A stretch of 63,904 nucleotides of DNA, counting the filler, from Rhizaria sp. SCN 62-66 (lineage: Eukaryota), in assembly GCA_001724265.1 (NCBI GenBank). It is 3 parts of 3 records of this genome, joined end to end, with 100 filler letters (N's around TTAATTAATTAA, not from the genome) between each part and the next. Parts side by side here need not be neighbours in the genome. Positions count along the whole stretch, not along the records: positions 46,025 to 63,904 come from MEDY01000480.1; 2 more parts are not named here. One strand, written 5' to 3'. Positions 59,262 through 63,904 of the stretch are shown piece after piece. The first letter of the stretch is position 1; each line of letters opens with the position of its first letter. The notes beneath the pieces were generated by a model. That model made no database searches. It was not told the origin of the DNA and worked only from the letters and a program-made list of their open reading frames with translations. The translations under genes and the position numbers were made by a program.

Positions 59262-60204
59262 GAAAATCTATGAGAAGAGTTCTCGCTCCACCGTCAACAC
59301 GCGCCGCACGTCTGCGTAAGTACGAACAAGAGCCTCAATTACAATAGCAGCTACACACGAGCTTTGCTTGTGCTGATAAGCTTTAGTTTAAAAGAAGATC
59401 ATGTCGACATAGAATCACTTGGTTCGAGGAAATGATCTTCACAACATGAACCCACGTTTCATCGCGTCGTCATAAGATTAGTTGGCCAAGGCTCGGCCAA
59501 CATTCACACAAAAGACGTCGCACTACACCACCAACAGGGTCTCAGTGTCTGCCTCATACGGCTTTGTTTCGTTTTTGGGTACTTTTATTTTGTCACTGTC
59601 CTTGCTGTTACTGTCTCCTCACTGTTTTTGATTTGTCTTTGTATTTGTCCCACTATTACTCTTACTTCACTGTATCTGTATGACTGCATTAGATATAGTA
59701 TTGGCTAGTGAGTTTAAACCCAAAACACCGGTACTTGATTTAAATTAGTGCTGGTTTCTATGTTTAGACGTTTCAGTGCTATATCGAAGCTGTGCATCAT
59801 TCATATTTGCTACTGTGGTGTGTTTACACCTTAGTTGTATCATCATGATCATCGTGATATACTCATGCGTTTCATTCATCAGTTGTTTTTTAATTTTTGT
59901 AGCTAATAGTCGTCTCCGTGCTTTATCTGTTTAATGTGTCAGCGCTCACGTAGTACTTTTTGTATCAAAAACAAATTGTATATTCGTCGTCACTCAGATC
60001 CCGATCGTAGTCTCATCGTTCGTGACGCAACAAGACTATAACCACAGCGCTCTAGATGTTGTACTGTAACGCTATTTGCGTAATTTTGCTTGATGAGGCA
60101 TTTGTTTATTGTCATTTGCGAATATTCGTGTTTCGCTCGTCCTCGTTATCACCGAGTTTCATTTGTTTATTGTTTATTGTTTCTTGTTTCTTATTTACCC
60201 CTTT

Positions 60205-60246
60205 TGTTACTCTGTTTAGCATCTGTTACTCTGTTTAGCATCTGTT
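60205..60246 (+). repeat. Tandem duplication of a 19-nt unit (TGTTACTCTGTTTAGCATC x2 + TGTT)
   Basis: Read directly in the sequence. Confidence 0.9.
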
Positions 60247-62217
60247 TGTCTGTCCACTTATCCCCATCCTCATTGACTAGCCGCACCATAACTCATAACT
60301 CTGCCTCATCACCTGCGAATCCGAACTATATGTGTTCATCTTTGTTTTGACTGTGCACAATATATTATCGTAACCAATGTTCAAATACACTCGTGTCCAA
60401 TCTTCACAAGTTTTCTCATACGGTGACGATGTTCTGCGAAGTCAAGTGATGACACTCACCTGGTGAATGTCAACGAGGTCTGCCAGGTCCTATTTTGGCA
60501 ACTTAAAGGGTGATCGCAGAAACCGCGGTATATACACTTTTTTGTGAATTAAACCTCGTTTTTTGACTGTGGTCGCTTTTGGAAAATTGAATTTCTGTGT
60601 TTAAATTTCGATTCTGCAACTACCTTGACCATGACCAATCGTCTTGAAGTCAGTTTCTGAAAACGTAACTTTTGAGTCTAAGTCGGGGTACTTAAAATTA
60701 GGATATATTTGTGAAATTAGTAAATATACAAAAATAAGCAAGTTAATTTATTATCGAAAGTGTCACCACGTTAAGAAAAGCAAGATTTATTCAGTTAAAG
60801 TTTGATTATAAAGAGGTATATTCCGTCATAGTTCGGTAGCCGATTTCGCACGAGTGACCTACCAAGCGTCTGGTGATCTTCTGATCAGGGGATTTCTCAG
60901 AGTGACGTAAATCACCACTGGAAGGTAGGAATCATAATTGTATTCCAATAAAGGTGCGAATCGTGAGAACCGACTGTCATCACGAGTCTGTGGATAGAAT
61001 TCAGTGAAGTGAACTCACCCCTTGCCAGCCAAGTCTGAGTGTGACCCTCATGATGAATCGAGGTCCGAATGGTTGTACTAAGCAATATATCCCACGTATT
61101 ACTTATAATCATATTATTAAACAACCCCAAACTTATTTTTCACTCTATTGTGAGATATTGACCATAAGGATGAGCTGATGTGGGTAGGGTGTAACACGGC
61201 CGGCCAGGCTAAAGGGCCCATAGCGGAGCGGAGGTATGATAGAAGACGCAGAAAACAAGCGTTGCGCACACGGTGCGTGTTGGCATTTTCAATGGTGTTA
61301 TGTATTTGATTTAGAAGTGCGATGATGATGAGCCCGCCGCCAGTGAAGCCCCAGTGACTGCCACAGTCAAATGGCGCGAAATGACATCATCACAACATAC
61401 ATGTGCTAATACTACGCAAGGTAGTACAATTCAATGTTTAAACAACATCAATAACGAGTATATAATAGACATTACTCGTTGCCACTATATTATCGATCAG
61501 TAATCATTTCCGAGGAGCCAACATATGTCACAAAACTAACGATAATCTGAGCTTTACTGACCGTACTTCCTTGTCTGAGACTAGTTGATCGATCATCTTA
61601 CTTTATGCAGCCAGCAGCTCCAACCCAAAGTCGATATAACAACATATTATTCATCATTAATATTAAATACATACACAATGTTTTCCTCATGTCATCTATA
61701 GTCTGTGATGTCAGTAAAAACCATCTGAACGCCGGTGTAACAGACCGCAGTTGACGGGACGTCGATGCCTTGGGCGCTGATATTGCGGGGGAAATCAATA
61801 ATACTAACACCTGGAGGCTTATTGGCCAAAAATATCAATGTTTCATTGTCGAAGTAGTGATTCACGAGGCCGTTGGCATTGCTCTGGGTGGTGACGCCAG
61901 CCCCTGGCCAAACCTGTTACTGGGGCCGACCGACGGCTCGGGCCTGGTGAAGACAGCGCCGAGCTCTTGAAGACCAAAAACACCGCACGTTGTAGTCAAC
62001 ACGCACTAAACTTGCGTCACCACCGCAATATCACGCGTTGCCGCGCCGTCCTTGATGTTGTGGACGCGGTGGCTGCGAGGCTTTATGAGGCTGCGAAACG
62101 CAGTATGCTCAATCCGGGACGATAGAGCAGGTATACTCGCCAGGTGATCAAGAAATCGTAAATAATCAATTACGAATTACGGTCTCGGTTTGTGCTCAAA
62201 AGCAGAATTTTGTGATG

Positions 62218-63817
62218 AAATGCTTTTGCCGAGCATTTGTGATGTGATAATGTGAATACAGCTAGCTTTCATAATGATCAAACGTATTCGAAGCTGTATG
62301 AAGATGATTTGTCGAAGACGACTATAACGAAACCTTACACACTTACATTTGAACTTATGATAAACACCTAACGTAGCACAAGCTAAAAACAACAACATAC
62401 TACTGTAACAACAAAAACAACAAAAACAACATAATATATATAAATAAAAATAAGATCTCTCTTATTTCGAACCCGCCTTGCCCCTCCACTCCTCAATAAG
62501 CGTCTTGAGCTCGCCCGTCGCTGTAGCCAGGATCTCTTCCCGCGCGCTTGCAATCATATGTCCGCGATACATGCCAAGGTTCGCACCATGAGCGAGAATA
62601 ACAGGTGAGTGTGTCCCGTCTTCCCCGCGGCTCATGATGAAGGCGAGCGTGCACAGCAGCATGCCCCAGTCGATCTGTGCCGTTGCCACATCCAGCTCTG
62701 TCGTAGTGAGGTGGAAGCCGTTTGTCGTGGAGTGAATGGGTTTGTCAAATGGGCAGGCAGAGTCAAAGTCGCCCAGCTTCCACGCGCCATCCTGCGAGAT
62801 GAAGATATTGGCGGGCTTGATGTCCATGTGGGCGATTGAGTTCTCGTGCAGGAAATCGAGGGCGACGCCAATACTCTTGATGCGGCGGGCGAGCGTGTCG
62901 TGCTTGCGCGGAGCGCCCTTTTCAGCCGTGAGAGGGAAGTAATCCATCACAATGCCGTTCTTAGTCGCAGTGAACAGGACTTGGTTGTTGCCTGAGCTGA
63001 TAGTGGACTCTTTAGCCCGGAAGACGGAGCAATGCACAAGGTCTGTGCATGATGGCGTCATCTAAGCGACTTTGAGCTCCATTCGTGCTCGAAAGAGTCT
63101 GAGCTGGTGCTCGTTGCCGGGTTGCGGGTGCGGGGGGGTAGTCGTGCCGGAGGACACAGCGTCGACCGGGACGAACTTAACGATGCAAGGGCGTCCGGTG
63201 GCATTGTCAAACCCGGACATGATACATGGATGCTTTTGCTCGTCAAAAAATCCGCTCAGCGTAATGGCAGACATATCGGTAAAATGGAAGCGTGTCGAGG
63301 TGCCAGCGCGCATCATCATGGCGGCGTAGGCATTGCTGATCCTCCGACACACGTCGGAGTTGAAATGACTTCGACCAAACTTGTCAAGAAGCTCATCCGC
63401 ATCCGCGTTAGACATCTTATTGACCTTGCAGGCCTCCATGATGTCCTCCTTCGACTCCACTGTGCGGGGGGCGGCGACGGGGGCGACGACGAGGGCGACG
63501 GGCCTGCGGCGGTGGGCTGAGAGCGCGTAGCTGCACTCTGTGCAAAAAGTACGACCACCAGTGGAACATGCCGTGTAGGGCCTGTTGAGCATTTTGTTGG
63601 TAACGCTGTCATCAGTCACGCGAACGAGGCTGGCGGCGGCCACATCCAAGAAGTCCTCAACGAAGAAGCAGTTGTCGACAGGGCGTTCTTCAAGCATGGA
63701 ACCTACAAAAAACACGTGAAAAATCCGACAGAATCGCGAGATAGTTATGAGAAAATATGAGGAATGCACGGTTTAGTTTAAAATCATGTGTTGATGCGGT
63801 GATGTTGTGTTACCGTC
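62218..63817 (-). repeat. Second copy of the dispersed kinase-bearing duplication (partner 15673-17112)
   Basis: Coding and flanking similarity to copy 1. Confidence 0.92.
62462..63697 (-). CDS. Zn-finger-like + divergent protein kinase, copy 2; 411 aa if the single TAG at 63064-63062 is read (possible upstream mini-exon 63829-63814)
   Basis: ORFs 63062-63769 and 62462-63061 are in one frame, separated only by TAG (GAG in copy 1). Motifs C-x7-C-x2-C-x6-H, CIVKFV, HMDIKPANIF, LGDFD. Ends TAA. Confidence 0.75.
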
Positions 63818-63904
63818 GACATTCTGCATAAAATTCCAGTCGACAGCTTTTGCCGGTCGCGATTTAAAGGTGGCGTTTCTTGTGTATACACACTTCGTTT
63901 TCCT

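Noticed and set aside
60503-60545. TTAAAGG-type (Kolobok-like) transposon end, with a loose look-alike near 63864
   Set aside because: No matching inverted end or transposase seen, and the similarity is too weak.
15673-63817. The two kinase copies as giant terminal inverted repeats of one element
   Set aside because: They are on different contigs separated by artificial spacers, and the interval holds ordinary housekeeping genes.
1-63904. tRNA (including a CUA suppressor), rRNA or CRISPR arrays
   Set aside because: None recognised by eye. The repeats seen are coding microsatellites. tRNAscan-SE and Infernal would be needed to exclude small RNAs.

Overview
Eukaryotic nuclear DNA from a probably flagellated protist (BBS8 present). 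It has GC-rich exons with Ala/Ser/Asn/Gln low-complexity insertions, AT-richer intergenic DNA and short GT-AG introns, mostly starting GTACGT. The window is three contigs joined by two artificial 100-nt spacers (N44-TTAATTAATTAA-N44), so order across the spacers is unreliable. Recognisable genes: cornichon-like, glutamate-cysteine ligase, glycerol kinase, BBS8/TTC8, PGS1, RRP6, HIG1/Rcf1, a very large PTR/POT transporter, NDUFB3-like, NOP10, Spg1/Tem1 GTPase and a MAK/Ime2-type kinase. There are also orphan genes, a duplicated Zn-finger+kinase family and a decayed sushi/integrase/kinase mosaic. Main signal: TAG appears to be read as a sense codon. PGS1 has two in-frame TAGs just before its conserved second catalytic motif that no GT-AG intron can remove. 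Another gene continues in frame past a TAG, and two kinase paralogs each have TAG where the other has GAG. All 19 gene ends I could resolve use TAA (11) or TGA (8). This suggests a nuclear code in which UAG alone is reassigned or read through; the amino acid is unresolved (Gln, Glu or Leu). All family assignments come from motifs recognised by eye; no database searches were run.
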